64,000 nucleotides of DNA from Nemertoderma westbladi. Taxonomy: Eukaryota > Animalia > Xenacoelomorpha. A program made the translations under genes and the position numbers. Shown here piece after piece: positions 26,868 through 39,235 of this stretch (positions are counted from its first letter, which is position 1; every line of letters starts with the position of its first letter). Under the pieces are notes generated by a model, which worked only from the letters and a program-made list of their open reading frames with translations, ran no database searches and was not told the DNA's origin. Where the stretch lies: NCBI GenBank assembly GCA_032718475.1, contig JAUCBJ010001139.1, positions 1 through 64,000 on the forward strand. The letters are read 5' to 3'.

Positions 26868-29800
26868 ACAGTTGTTAAATGCTTACCACGTAATCCGTTC
26901 GTGTAATAAACACAGTTCGTTGAACCTGCTGGCAATATGATATCTGTTGTCAATACATTATTCATATTCAGTAGATAATAGTAGGTAGTTATTCAGTTAT
27001 TAGTCTGTGATTGGATGGAAGCAAGCAAGATGGAGTTCTAGCTAGGCTGAATTAAGAAGGCGGATCTACCTATAATAGTGGTCTATGGAAATATGTGTCC
27101 AGCGTGGATAATTCAACAATAAATATCACTTAAATCATTTCAATCAATTAAAAACATGCATTCTTAACATTAATTTCTTAAATTAATTAAAGACTTTGAT
27201 GGAATGGGTTATAGAGATTAGAGACTCTAGCAATTTAATATTTATATAAGAATAAGTTATTCTTACCATGTAAAATAATTAGTTCCCACTTGTAGAACCG
27301 CTAAAAATCAGCTGAAATTAGTATTTTGTGCAAAAAGCCAATACATGTCAATTTCTCGACACCCTTTGGTCTAAGATTTTCAAACTTTTTTTTTCACTAA
27401 CTAGAGAACATTTCATTCGATACCTGTTTCACAGTGTTTCATTAAATGCTCGTGCGGCCAAGCCATTTTGTGGACAAACAAGGCCCTCCATCCCGCCCCA
27501 TAGATAGATAGATCCCAAATTTCTTTCAGCCTCCAACTTCGTACAAAAAGGCAGGTTCGTTATTACTTAATACTTTCCATAGCATACACTATTCTCCATT
27601 GCCCACTGAGACAGACATTAGGAGAGCCATCCCAGTTAACACATGGACTGTCATTATATTATTATTATAGTATTATAGTTTTAATATTATTATAGTACAT
27701 CATAGCACATTATATTATATATAGATATAATTGTAATTTGTCTAACAATAAGCACTAAAACGTAGTATACATTAATTACAATGACAAAGTACGTATAATA
27801 ATTAACAATAATACAATATGAAATCACCAAATATACTCGCATCGCAAATATATTAAATATTTTACTTAATTTGTTACTTTATATAATATTAATTCTAATT
27901 AAAATATAAATTACATCAGAAAAATCCATTGAAAACTATAAATAACGACTAGAAAATATACACCGAATCGGTGTCTGAGTGGAAAAAAAGAGCCGATTCG
28001 GTGTATTTTCGAGAAAATTGAATTCCTGAATCGGTGTACTAGAAAATATTGACCCCGAATCGGTGCTCTGCAGGCTGTATGAAAATATCGCAAGCCCCGA
28101 TTCGGGGTACAGGGAGTCCTGGATACCCTGATTCGGGGTACAATTTACATTAGATTTTCCGGTACAATATTGAAGCCGGAAGATTTCATTATTACTCCAA
28201 AGTTTTCTTATTTGTAGAACATATAAATGTGTATTCGAATATGTTAAAACGAAATTGCGGAATTAAAATCTTCACATGCGGAAATTAAGGAGAAAAAATG
28301 TCTATGGGAGACCCCAGAATCGGGGCATTACAAAACCCAGAATCGGGGTTTGCCTCTATGCCCCGATTCGGGGTATTTTCCCTTACTGGCTTGGGGAGGT
28401 GGTTGATTGTTGTTTGTACCAATAATAGTTTAGTAGTTAAAGTTAAAGATTATAACTGTGTAATGCTGATACAATTGCCCAGCAATCTAAATCATCCTTC
28501 ACTCTTATATCAGTTCAGTATATCTATCTTTCCATTCCTACATCAGTACAGTACCGTACATAACATAACATACAGACATATAATGAAAATATTTTCATTA
28601 GGGCCTACTAGAAACAATTTGGTTGAATCCCTTAACACGCGTTTTGGTTTTCTCAGTCTTTCTAAATTTTGACACTATTTTTCTTCTGTCACGCCGTTTC
28701 TCAAACTTTAATGCCCCCTTGCCTTCTTGCTCCCTTTTGGTGATGTTCACGTTCTGACATTATCAAATATAACGTTTATTTCCATTTCAGCCTTTGACTG
28801 TTTGAAGCATGTGATTCTTTAGTTTTGTGTATGCCTATACCATATACCAGTCTACCAGCTGACCAGTACGGTATCTGTTACAGACTCATCCATCTTTCCA
28901 TTAACATATTAACAACATATCAAACAGTCAAATACATTCTGACATTTCATCAACTAATGTTTTGTTTATAAATCATCACAACTCGACAAGGGTAAGCAAG
29001 AAGTAAGCAATTTTGAAGTAATTTACAATGACAGAGTTACTGACAGGGCTGCACAATTATAATTGTTGCCAAAAATGGCAACCATTATTTTTCTTTAATT
29101 CTAATGGTTGCCAAAAATGGCAATAATTATTTTAGGCGCATTTCGGCCTATTGCTAAGAGAAATTCAGACGATGATTTTTTTTCTTATACGGTCAATTAT
29201 ATTTAAATTTCGCGCTCTTTTCACTTACCTATTTACCAAAATGCGATTTTGCTTCTGGGCGTGCGAAAATTAGAAAAACCAAAAGTTGCCAGATTTGGCA
29301 ATAAACATTGCCATATGTGGCAACTTTTGAGGTTGCCAGATTTGGCCATTGTACCTAACTGCTTGGTGTGGTTAGGGCTTGCTTAGGCCAGTAGAGTAGG
29401 CAGGCGGGTAGGTGGTACGGTACAGTACCGGTACTACAGAGGTAGGAGAGGTAGGAGATTTCGCGCAGTATTTCTGCTGTGCGCGCCAATCTCGCGCAGA
29501 ATTTCTGCTGCGCGCGCCAATCTCGCGCAGTTTTTCTGCTGCGCACGCGGATTTTGCACTGTTTTCGACTGCGCAGGCGCACATTTTTTTCTGCGCCGCG
29601 TCGCGTTCGGCGCACAAAAAAGTCACTTAGCATACGGGCCCCCACCCAACTGCCCAAAGTCTGTTTGCCCCACATTCTGACATTTTAGGGGTAGCGGTAG
29701 GCCTATCTCCTGATCTCTGTATCTCCAGATCTCTGTATCTGCCTATACTGCTTTATGCATTATGCATTGACTTCGTCCAACAGTCCAACACTACACTACA

Positions 29801-29869
29801 GCATCCCTAATCCTGTAATCTGCTATAATCAGATTATTGCCACACAACTGTCAGACTGTCAGACTGTAG

Positions 29870-31752
29870 CAGTCGGTGAGAAGTCAAAAATTGGACTTGA
29901 GTCCAAAATTGGACTTCGACTCCATTTCAAGTCCAAAATTGGACTTCTGTGAGTCCAATATTGGACTTCAAATCAGCCAATTGTTCCAGGGCCTTGGGTA
30001 ATTGGATCGGGCGGGATTTTTTTTTATTAATCGAAAATATATCAAAAAATAAGAGTTTTGAACAGGGGGGAACTTTTTTTATAAGGCTTTGAATTTTTAC
30101 AAAAGTCCAATATTGGACTTTAAGTCTAATTTCGGACGTGACATTGAGAATCAAACTTAAAGGTACATGAAGCATGACAGATGAGAGACAGCCAGACAGC
30201 TATTAAGTTATGGAAAGTTAGCCTACCTTTGCAGACTCTCTGTATGTATCTTCAGTGTACTGTACTTAGAATATAGGCTAAATGGTACATTCTAGCATTC
30301 TAGGTACTTTGTACTTTACTTTTAGCATATTGTTTACAATCATGTTATGTCTAACCTTACAGCCTTATGTACCCAGGGCCAGGATTTTAGAGCAGTAGAG
30401 TCTTTAGGACTAGATTAGATTATGCTCCAACAAATATTTAATTACAAATTATATTTGGTGGAAACTGGTAGCAATGCCAGGTTTGCCAACTGCAGGTGCT
30501 GCTAAGGCAGTAAGGCTAACTACAGTACAAGCTACGATTTCGTCTAAGCCTATGGGAGACCTATCAGAAAGAAATACTACAAGTTGATGCTACCACCATC
30601 TCTACTAATTTTTCCATACAACAGGAAGGGTGTTTTAAAACAGCTGTATAATGAAAGGGGATTAGTAACTGATTAACGTGTTGGGGTCTCCACATAATAA
30701 GTACAGAAGTAAGAAGTAACACATGTCATAATTATAAACCAATTGAGGGAAAGGAACAGGTTACAGAGGCAGGCATTTCTAACTAAAACAATAAACGGCC
30801 TTTTTTGACTTTACCAATTGAAGGAGCCTTATCACCTCACCACATACTACTACTACAATCGGCATGCTGCATTACAGCTGCATTATATATATAGACCCTA
30901 TTACTGCATTAAGAATGCTGTGCCGGCTTGTTGACAAAAGTGCGCCTCCACAACTCCCTTACACTCTTACAGCCTTATCACCCATGACATTTGCTAGATC
31001 ATCCGCATCCTTTAAGACAGTAAGAAAGATGCGTATCAAGAAAGTCATGGGCTGTCCACTATGCTTATTCACTCCATGAGGTGCACTGGCTGGTCCTCAT
31101 GGCTTAAAAGCGATGTCCTGCAAAGCGGAGGCGGCTTTGTTCCAGTGTCAAGCTTGGGGGAACCAATGACTGAATAAGACACCTCCAACCCCAATGTTAT
31201 ATAGTGTCTGGTTGGAGATGCAGAGATGTGCTGTATATATTGCACTTGACACAGTGAACCTAATCAAAACAATTAGTCAATAAACATTAACTCAATTACA
31301 TAATAGGTTACAGTTTTCAGTAGTCTAATTTTTGCCATACGAAAATACCACAGGTATGGGTATGAATGAACTATACAGCTATGACTCAACTACCGCTACT
31401 GCGACTGCGGTATACACCACCAAGGCCAATGAAGGCAGTGAGGCTACCGCAAAGCCATACCACTACCGCAAAAAGTAACTACTGATGTCTGACTGTACGT
31501 GTGCGATCCCTGCTTATAATACTTATAATAATTAATTTGATCATTAAAATGATGTTGCATTGTAATTATATAATATATATCTGTATATGTACTGATACGG
31601 GATGCAGTTTTGATTTAAATACCGATATACAGTATGGCAGCATGGGTACACTTGGAGTTGTACTAAAGTCCAATATTGGACTTTGGAGTCCAAAATTGGA
31701 CTTGAAGTCTAAAATTGGACTTGAAGTCCAATTTTTGACTTCTCACCGACTG
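29870..31752. mobile_element. TIR element with CAGT termini and 5-bp TSD (TGTAG)
   Basis: Perfect 29-bp TIR CAGTCGGTGAGAAGTCAAAAATTGGACTT; TGTAG at 29865-29869 and 31753-31757; AGTCCAA(A/T)ATTGGACT palindromes at both ends. Confidence 0.92.
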
Positions 31753-33769
31753 TGTAGTGCAGTGGAGCAGTGTTCCAGTGGGAACCTCTAGAACCTGAGA
31801 ACAGTCAGTAACCAGATTTAAGATTAGGTTGTCAAATTTCTAAAGTATCAACCTAATTTCTGAATTTGATATTGCCATTTGACAGTTTGGGCAGCTTCAT
31901 GTCTGATACTTAGCTTAATACCTGACCTGGCTGATTGCGTCCACTAGCTCCAGGCTATTAGCAGTCAGCCAGCTTCAGTCATCATTTATAACTATTGATT
32001 TAATTATGAAGGTGTATTGCAATTTCTTATTTGTTTGATTGGAGAAATAAATATAATGAATAATGAATGAATATAAATCAGTAAATAGGCTACAGTTCGT
32101 ATAATACAATATAATGCAATACTATGCAGTGGGCAGTGGGTAGATAAAACTCCTATAACTGAGACTCAAAATTTAGGTCATAGTCTTAAAGTAGCCTACA
32201 GTCCCAATCCCAATAAACATTAACTTGGTCATTTTGGCGGCCAAAATTACCAAAATGCCCTATTGAAAAGTTTTATTTTCTGCGCCGAACGCGGCGCCGG
32301 GTGCCAAAAATCCTGCGCCGGCTCTGAGCAAAACCACGCCGGGTGCAAAAAATCCTGCGCCGGCTCTGTGCAAAACCACGCCGGGTGCAAAAAATCCTGC
32401 GCCGGCTCTGTGCAAAACCACGCCGGGTGCAAAAAATCCTGCGCCGGCTCTGTGCAAACCAACGTCCATGCCAGGTGCAAAAATCCTGCGCCGGCTCTGT
32501 GCAATGCAAAATTCTGCGCCGGGTGAAAAATCTTCCACCGGCTTTTCAAAGCCGCACCGGGCTGACTGGTATAAAACATAAAATCAGCCTGTTATACTGT
32601 ACAGTACCTGTAGTTTATTCGGTTATCTATAATACTGCAGCTGCACAAATCCGAGTTTACTTAAACCTGTAAACGAACGAAAGTTGTGGGTGGGTGAAAT
32701 GAAAATAAGGATACAGAGACGGAAAACCTTAATAAAGACAAATGCAACAAGTACAGTAGGTACGTTGTTTTATTCCAAAAGTGTAACATTACGAAACAAC
32801 TACTTAAGAAACACTGCATGTAAATTTTTGTTGTCAAGTAAAGTGTACATTTTTTGAAATTACTCAAATGTTACAATATGAATTATAGAAAGAATATTAA
32901 AGACTACTTCAGTGTAGGCCTAGTCCTTGTATTTATGTACTACGTCCTACCTTATTACATACTACGTACTGTGGTCTGGTATACGTCTATGCTACAGATA
33001 CGGTATGTCTGAATGAATAATGACTACAGTAGCTGTATATATGTTATGTTATGTTATTAATATCGCCAGAATAACAATATAATATTAATTTTTGCACATG
33101 TACGTACACGTACAGTAGATTAAAATAAAATGAACACATCTGGCAAAGTACGCTAATAAGCGTATGTACTATTGTAATAAAAATACGGATAATGGTATTC
33201 AGGTAAAATTAGTAAAATATTTAAAATTATAGTTTATTTACAGTACTTACAGTACAGTTGGTGCATATTAAATATTAATTATAAAAAAAAATGAAATTAC
33301 ACTAAAATTAAATTAAAAACCGGCAAAGCATACTTACAGTAGGTTCAAGGGCTTCAACAACATACAGTCAGACAGTACCAAAGGGAAACATATTAATAAG
33401 GACAAGTTTATAATACTCTATAGGATACAACACAACAATACGTAGTTATACGGAACATAAATTTGGTACCGCAGGTACACTGTACAGTAGTACCGTATGT
33501 CGCATAAGTAAAATATTACTGTAGAAATAAAACGCGCAAAGTAAAGTAACTACAAAAGATAGGAAAACAATTAAACATAAAAAACTCTATTTTAAAATTT
33601 AACACAAAAAAAATGTTTTTTGGGATTGAAAAAATGAAAATAATAGGTACTGTAGCTAGATTTTAATAAAGAAATCGTTGTATCCGAAATATATCGCTTT
33701 CGCTACTGCCACTTGGGGCACAGGAGTATCACTATATATTCATTTTAAGGGACATTTCGCAGTCTAGTC

Positions 33770-34475
33770 TTTTTTTGAATATGCTCAATCATTGAGTACC
33801 AAGGGTATTACGTGCATTAACAACACTTTCCGGTAATGGTAAAGGATTCCAAATGTTTACAACGCTGTCTGCAAAGTTGTTGCGTGTTAGCATTGGTGGA
33901 GTTAGGAACGAAACTGGAAGAAATTACTTCGCTCAATTTTGTTAATCCCGTTGATAAACTTGTATGTTGTTATAAGGTCGGCTAGTACACGGCAATATAT
34001 TAATGTCGGTAGTTTGAGTGCAAGTAGTCGGTTTTCATATGACAACTCAGCCAGCGATAGTACAACTGTACAAGGCGAGTGACCACATGGTGTTGTACTT
34101 GTTCAAGACGTTCAATATTTATCATGTCGGAGGAATGGCGAACAAACAACTGTGTCGTATTCAAGGAGAGGCCGAACAAGGGATTTGTATAACAGGGTCA
34201 GAGGGTAAACATCGGAGCTTCCAAATATGTAAAAGTTCTTCGTATTAAATGTACGACTCGCATGGCGCGGGCTGCAGTCTTTGTGCAGTGAGCTGTGATG
34301 CTGTGAAGGACAAGTCTGGTGTAAATGTAATTCCAAAATCACGTTCCTCGGTTGCCGATAAAAGTGTCCGTCCATTCATTGTGTAAAAAGTTTCTTGTGG
34401 ATTTCTAGAACCTAGATGCATGCATGACCTTGCACTTGGAGTCATTGAACTCAATTTCCAATGGTTACACATGTG
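33770..34475 (-). mobile_element. Degraded CR1-type LINE 3' fragment
   Basis: Minus-strand remnants across frames: MHLG, ERDFGITFTPDLSF, LYKSLVRPLLEY, DLITTYKFING, VVNIWN..LPESVVNA, FKKRLD. Confidence 0.8.
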
Positions 34476-34768
34476 TGTCGGTAATAAATTGTTTCATTAT
34501 CAATAGTGCCATAGTATAAGTCGTTTTGTTTTATTCACTGTTCAACTTCATTCTGTCTGCCTGTTTTATTATATGTGCAGTTTTATTTATACGCTTCTAT
34601 GACAGCGGTGTCTCCATCCAAATAATATAATATAATATAAATATAGCTTATACAATACAGCAATATTATGTAAAATAAATAAACTGACTATGACCAATAG
34701 CAATAATGACTGATCAGCTGATAGCTGGAACTGTGATAGCCTACCTGCCTACTGCATAACAGCATAAC

Positions 34769-37700
34769 CAGTCGGTGATATAGGCGATTTTGGACTTGAT
34801 CCAATTTTGGAACTTGCTAAGTCAAAATTGGACTTCCATTCCAATATCGGAATTAATTTTGATATGAATTACAGTGAATTTTCCACGGCCTACAATTTTT
34901 TCAGACGGGATCTGAAATTTAACCTACATGTTCTTTACTACAAAATAAGAGTTTTAACCGTGCACGAGAAAATTTCACGGTGCACCACAAAGGCAACCGA
35001 CATTTAAAGTTTTGCGCATCCAATTTTGGACTTTAGGTCCAATTTTGTCTTTCCATCAGCACTATACAGCTATACGGTACTACTGTACTACACTGTACGT
35101 ACAGTACACTGCTGTAAAATGGCAGAATGCAGGAATGGGTAGCGTATTGTTTCTATTGAGCAGCACATAGCACTTTAAGTCCACAGTTGTCTTTCTGAAT
35201 GAAATTTATCTTATTTACTCCAGTACTCAATTTTGTTTCACTTTGTCAATGTACGTGCATACGTAAATAGATTTTAAAAACTAGAACTGTAACAATCTGT
35301 TGAAATGATTAAGATACCTTCCATGTCCTTCACGCAGTATGTGAGATACTGAAACAATCCATTGAAACGTTTAACAGTTTAAGAGACCTTCGTGCAGCAT
35401 GTGGGGCACTGTAACAATCTGTTGAAACGTTTAAGAGACCTTCGTGCAGCACGTTGGATACTGAAACAATCTGTTGAAACGTTTAAGAGACCTTCATGCA
35501 GCACATGTGATACTGTAACATTGTGTAACAATCTGATGAAACGTTTGAGAGACCTTCGCGCAGTATGTGAAATACTGAAACAATATGTTAAAACGTTTGA
35601 GACCTTCGCGCAGCATGTGGAGAACTGTAACAATCTGTTGAAAAGTTTAAGAGACCTTCGCGCAGCACGTGGCGTACACCAACATTGTGTAACAAACTGT
35701 TGAAACGTTTAAGAGACCTTCACGGAGCACGTGGGTTGCTGTAACATTGTAACAAGCTGTTGGAAAGTTTAAGAGTGCTTCGCGCAGCACGTGGGGTACT
35801 GTACTGTAACATTGTTAACAAGCTGTTGAAACGTTTAAGAGACCTTCGCGCAGCACGTGGCGTACTCCAACATTGTGTAACAAAATGTTGAAACGTTTAA
35901 TAGACCTTCGTGCAGCCCATGAGGTACTGAAACAATCTGTTGAAACGTTTGAGACCTTTGCGTAGCATCTGGCGAACTGTATCATTGTGCAACAAGCTGT
36001 TGAAACATTTAAGAGACCTTCGCGCAGCACGTGGCGCACTGTAACATTGTGTAACAAGATGTTAAAATGTTTAAGAGACCTTCGCGCAGCACGTGGCGTG
36101 CTCCAACATTGTGTAACAAAATGTTGAAACGTTTAAGAGACCTTCGCGCAGCACGTGGCTTACTGTAACATTGTGTAACAAGCTGTTGAAACGTTTAAGA
36201 GACCTTCGCGCAGAACGTGGTGTACTCCAACATTGTGTAACAAACTGTTGAAACGTTTAAGAGATCTTCGCGCAGCACGTGGCTTACTGTAACATTGTGT
36301 AACAATCTGTTGAAACGTTTGAGAGACCTTCGCGCAGCACGTGGCGTGCTCCAACATTGTGTAATAAACTGTTGAAACGTTTAAGAAACCTTCGCGCAGC
36401 ACGTGGCTTACTGTAACATGGTGTAACAAGCTGTTGAAACGTTTAAGAGACATCCACGGAGCACGTGGCTTGCTGTAACATTGTAACAATCTGTTGGAAC
36501 GTTTAAGAGACCTTCGCTCAGCATGTGGCATACTGTAACATTGTTAACAAGCTGTTAAAACGTTTAATAGACCTTCGTGCAGCACATGGGGGTACTGAAA
36601 CAACCTGTTGAAACGTTTGAGAGACCTTCGCGCAGCACGTGGCGCACTGTAACATTGTGTAACAAGCTGTTCAAATGTTTAAGAGACCTTCGCGCAGCAT
36701 GTGGCTTACTGTAACATTGTGTAACAATATGTTGAAACGTTTGATAGACCTTCGCGCAGCACGTGGCGCACTGTAACATTGTGTAACAAGCTGTTCAAAT
36801 GTTTAAGAGACCTTCGCGCAGCACGTGGCTTACTGTAACATTGTGTAACAATCTGTTGAAACGTTTGAGAGACCTTCGCGCAGCACGTGGCGCACTGTAA
36901 CATTGTGTAACAAGCTGTTCAAATGTTTAAGAGACCTTCGCGCAGCACGTGGCGCACTGTAACATTGTGTAACAATCTGTTCAAATGTTTAAGAGACCTT
37001 CGCGCAGCACGTGGCGCACTGTAAGATTGTGTAACAAGCTGTTGAAACGTTTAAAAGACCTTCGCGCAGCACGTGGCGTACTCCAACATTGTGTAACAAA
37101 CTGTTGAAACGTTTAAGATACCTTCACGTTCGCGCAGTATCTGAGATACTCAAACAATCTGTTGAAGCGGTTCAAAGGCCTTCGCGCAGAGCATGAGACA
37201 CTAAAACAATATATTGAAACGATTAAGAGGTCTATTTATTTTCCATCATAGTAACACCCCAATTCATGATATTGACTGATTGAATGGGATAATCTTTTTA
37301 GGCTCATTAAGCCAAGGAATGCCTGTTCACCACCATGGATGATATTCTATAGTAAACCTCTTCCATTATGTTTTCGAAAGTTGCCTTTGTTCCCATTTAT
37401 CGACCACTCACAAGGATGAAAGCTAGGGTCGGTCTAGGCTGAAGCATTTAAAGCACTGTGCAGCTGTGCTCAAACAGTGCTGCTCCCGTGCACCGTGCCC
37501 AGGCTGGCGTGCCCCACCTAGGCATCGAAACAGGGCTTCCTAATTCTGTAATTGGAAGCCCAGGAATATCACCAATATACCAAGCTACTGCTTGGTCTAG
37601 GGTCTAGCTGCAGCTGTGCTTCTAACGTAGAACTGTGCTGTACAGGGTACAGCTCTAGTCATGCCCATATAGCCTTATGGTCGGACCCGACCCCTGTACC

Positions 37701-37994
37701 TTGTTACTAGTGTTACAGCAGTCATCCTCCATAGCATCTCTGCAAACAAAGTCCAATTTTGGAATGTATGAATACATTTCTGCAAAAGCATGGTAGGAAT
37801 AATGAATTTGGCACAAAAATCATATATTTATTGAAAAATGATAGAATTTATGATGGAAATATACTTGCTGGACTTTAAAATATTTTTTTTAATTTAGAAA
37901 AGTCCAATTTTGGAGTGTATTCCGATTTCGGAATCCACCCTCGCACAAAGTTCCAAAATTGGAATAAGTCCAAAATCGCCTATATCACCGACTG
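34769..37994. mobile_element. TIR element with CAGT termini and 5-bp TSD (ATAAC), carrying a satellite
   Basis: Perfect 29-bp TIR CAGTCGGTGATATAGGCGATTTTGGACTT; ATAAC at 34764-34768 and 37995-37999; TCCAATTTTGGA subterminal palindromes. Confidence 0.9.
35285..37230. repeat. Tandem satellite, 62-bp unit with shorter approx. 52-bp variants, about 30 copies
   Basis: Unit GTTGAAACGTTTAAGAGACCTTCGCGCAGCACGTGGC.YACTGTAACATTGTGTAACAA.CT; period 62 measured between 36185 and 36247; edge units are more diverged. Confidence 0.95.
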
Positions 37995-38963
37995 ATAACA
38001 GCATAAGGTTAAATACGTAAATAAGTGACCAGTTGCAGTCAGCCAGTGCTGCAGTGTGAGTTTCCTTTCTCCCTCCTGCAATGCCAGTTGTTATTGTGTT
38101 GCTGTGCTGTTGGTCTGATGAACGCATGTCTGTTGTCTCAGTCTCACTGTCTGCCTGGTGCTAGGTTCGGCTGATTTCTGCGCCAGGCAAATATGTACGC
38201 CGGGTGTGCTGGGCTGATTCCTGCTCCGGCGCCGGGTCAATTTCTGCAGCGTCGACGCCGGGAATATTTCGACGCCTGCTGCGCCGAGCGCAGCATCTCT
38301 ACCATTGGCAGTGCTCCGCCGGCTACGCCGGCGTAGCACATCTCTGCGCCGACCCTTCCGGCTCATTGCCCGGCGTAGCACATTTCTGCGCCAGCTCCCG
38401 GCGCAAGTTCTAGTGCTGCGCCGAACGTGCTCGGCGTACATGTAAAACTTTTCAATAGGGCCAAAATGGCCAAGTAAAAACTGCGGTATTCATGAAAGCA
38501 ACTGCTGGGGCACGTTGGCTTGTCAATCACAGCCAGTGAATACAGGCTGAGTGTAAGTAAAGCCCAGCATGTTGGCGCTGAGGTAGAGTTCTGAGGTAGA
38601 GTTCTATCTACCTTTAGGTAGAGAGAAAGGCTCCAGTGTAGTAACGGCTGGACTCGCCACTGTAGTAAACATGCCTGTAAGAGTGCAGTTTGAGGCGCCC
38701 GCCCTAACATATTATTTTCTACATATTTTTTACTAATCTAATAATTAACACACCTTTACCTGTCACTTAGGTTATAAGCAGTGTGCTAGCACTTGCAGCG
38801 TAATAATTAATTATTTACTTTAATTCTATTCGATTGGTAATAAAAATAACAAGTTCATATATTTAATTTGTAAAAATTCTTTAAAATATGAGAAAAGTAC
38901 TTTACATAGATTTTTCTTTATTTAGCTGTTTAGTACGCTATAATATAAATGCTCTCATAAATA

Positions 38964-39235
38964 CAGTTAGGGGGGGGGGGGGGGGGGGGGGGGGGGACTG
39001 GACGCAATAAAAATTCATCACTCTCCAGGGGAGATTTGACGTAAATAACAGATGATTACTCTCAAAAATAAAACTGCAATGTTCATTTATGTTTAATTTA
39101 TTGTTTTGGTTAAAATAACGTGCCACTATAAACTGCTCCTTTCCCTAAATTGAGAATTTAACATTGAGGCGGGATATTAATTCGCCAAGGCGAGTTTTGC
39201 GTCCAGCCCCCCCCCCCCCCCCCCCCCCCTGTCTC
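38964..39235 (-). mobile_element. Short MITE with poly-G/poly-C subterminal runs, copy 1
   Basis: Gn-ACTGGACGCAA ... TTGCGTCCAG-Cn inverted ends; interior matches 56992-57232 in reverse complement. Confidence 0.8.

Larger units (their letters stand above)
15747..28388. mobile_element. TIR element with CAGT termini and 5-bp TSD (GCTTG)
   Basis: TIR CAGTAAGGGAAAATACCCCGAAT(T/C)GGGG, 27 of 28 matching; GCTTG at 15742-15746 and 28389-28393; CCCCGAATCGGGG/ACCGAATCGGTG repeats at 15760-15800, 20290-20395 and 27960-28375. Confidence 0.9.
15316..29361. mobile_element. TIR element with CAGT termini and 5-bp TSD (CTTGG)
   Basis: Perfect 29-bp TIR CAGTTAGGTACAATGGCCAAATCTGGCAA; CTTGG at 15311-15315 and 29362-29366; subterminal TTGCCA.ATTTGGCAA palindromes at both ends. 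Confidence 0.9.
14838..29638. mobile_element. Outer non-autonomous TIR element with 8-bp TSD (CCCCCACC); host of nest 1
   Basis: Imperfect TIR CCATTCTGCTAAGT vs CCCGTATGCTAAGT (reverse complement of right end); CCCCCACC at 14830-14837 and 29639-29646; GCGCAG/GCGCCG-rich subterminal repeats at both ends. Shares CATGTACGCCGA.CACGTTCGGCGCA with the element at 32258-38460. Confidence 0.65.
32258..38460. mobile_element. TIR element with CCC termini and 8-bp TSD (CCAAAATG)
   Basis: Perfect 18-bp TIR CCCTATTGAAAAGTTTTA; TSD at 32250-32257 and 38461-38468; GCGCCG-rich subterminal repeats including a 42-bp tandem array at about 32296-32525. Confidence 0.88.

Noticed and set aside
32247-32672. Overlapping short ORFs (also at 29355-29688, 35379-36903, 52123-52409, 18167-18463)
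   Set aside because: Open frames produced by tandem or subterminal repeats lacking stop codons.
35100-35230. Minus-strand peptide LKCYVLLNRNNTLPIP resembling a Chapaev-type transposase motif inside a CAGT element
   Set aside because: Too short, flanked by stops, and the preceding catalytic D motif is absent; cannot be supported without a search.
35285-37230. CRISPR-like appearance (GTTGAAAC motif with regular spacing)
   Set aside because: The whole 62-bp unit repeats, there are no unique spacers, no cas genes, and the context is eukaryotic; it is a satellite.
38970-38996. Long poly-G/poly-C runs (also near 39207, 42823, 50251, 50927) as G-quadruplex regulators
   Set aside because: They appear to lie in or next to MITE subterminal regions, and homopolymer lengths are unreliable in assemblies.
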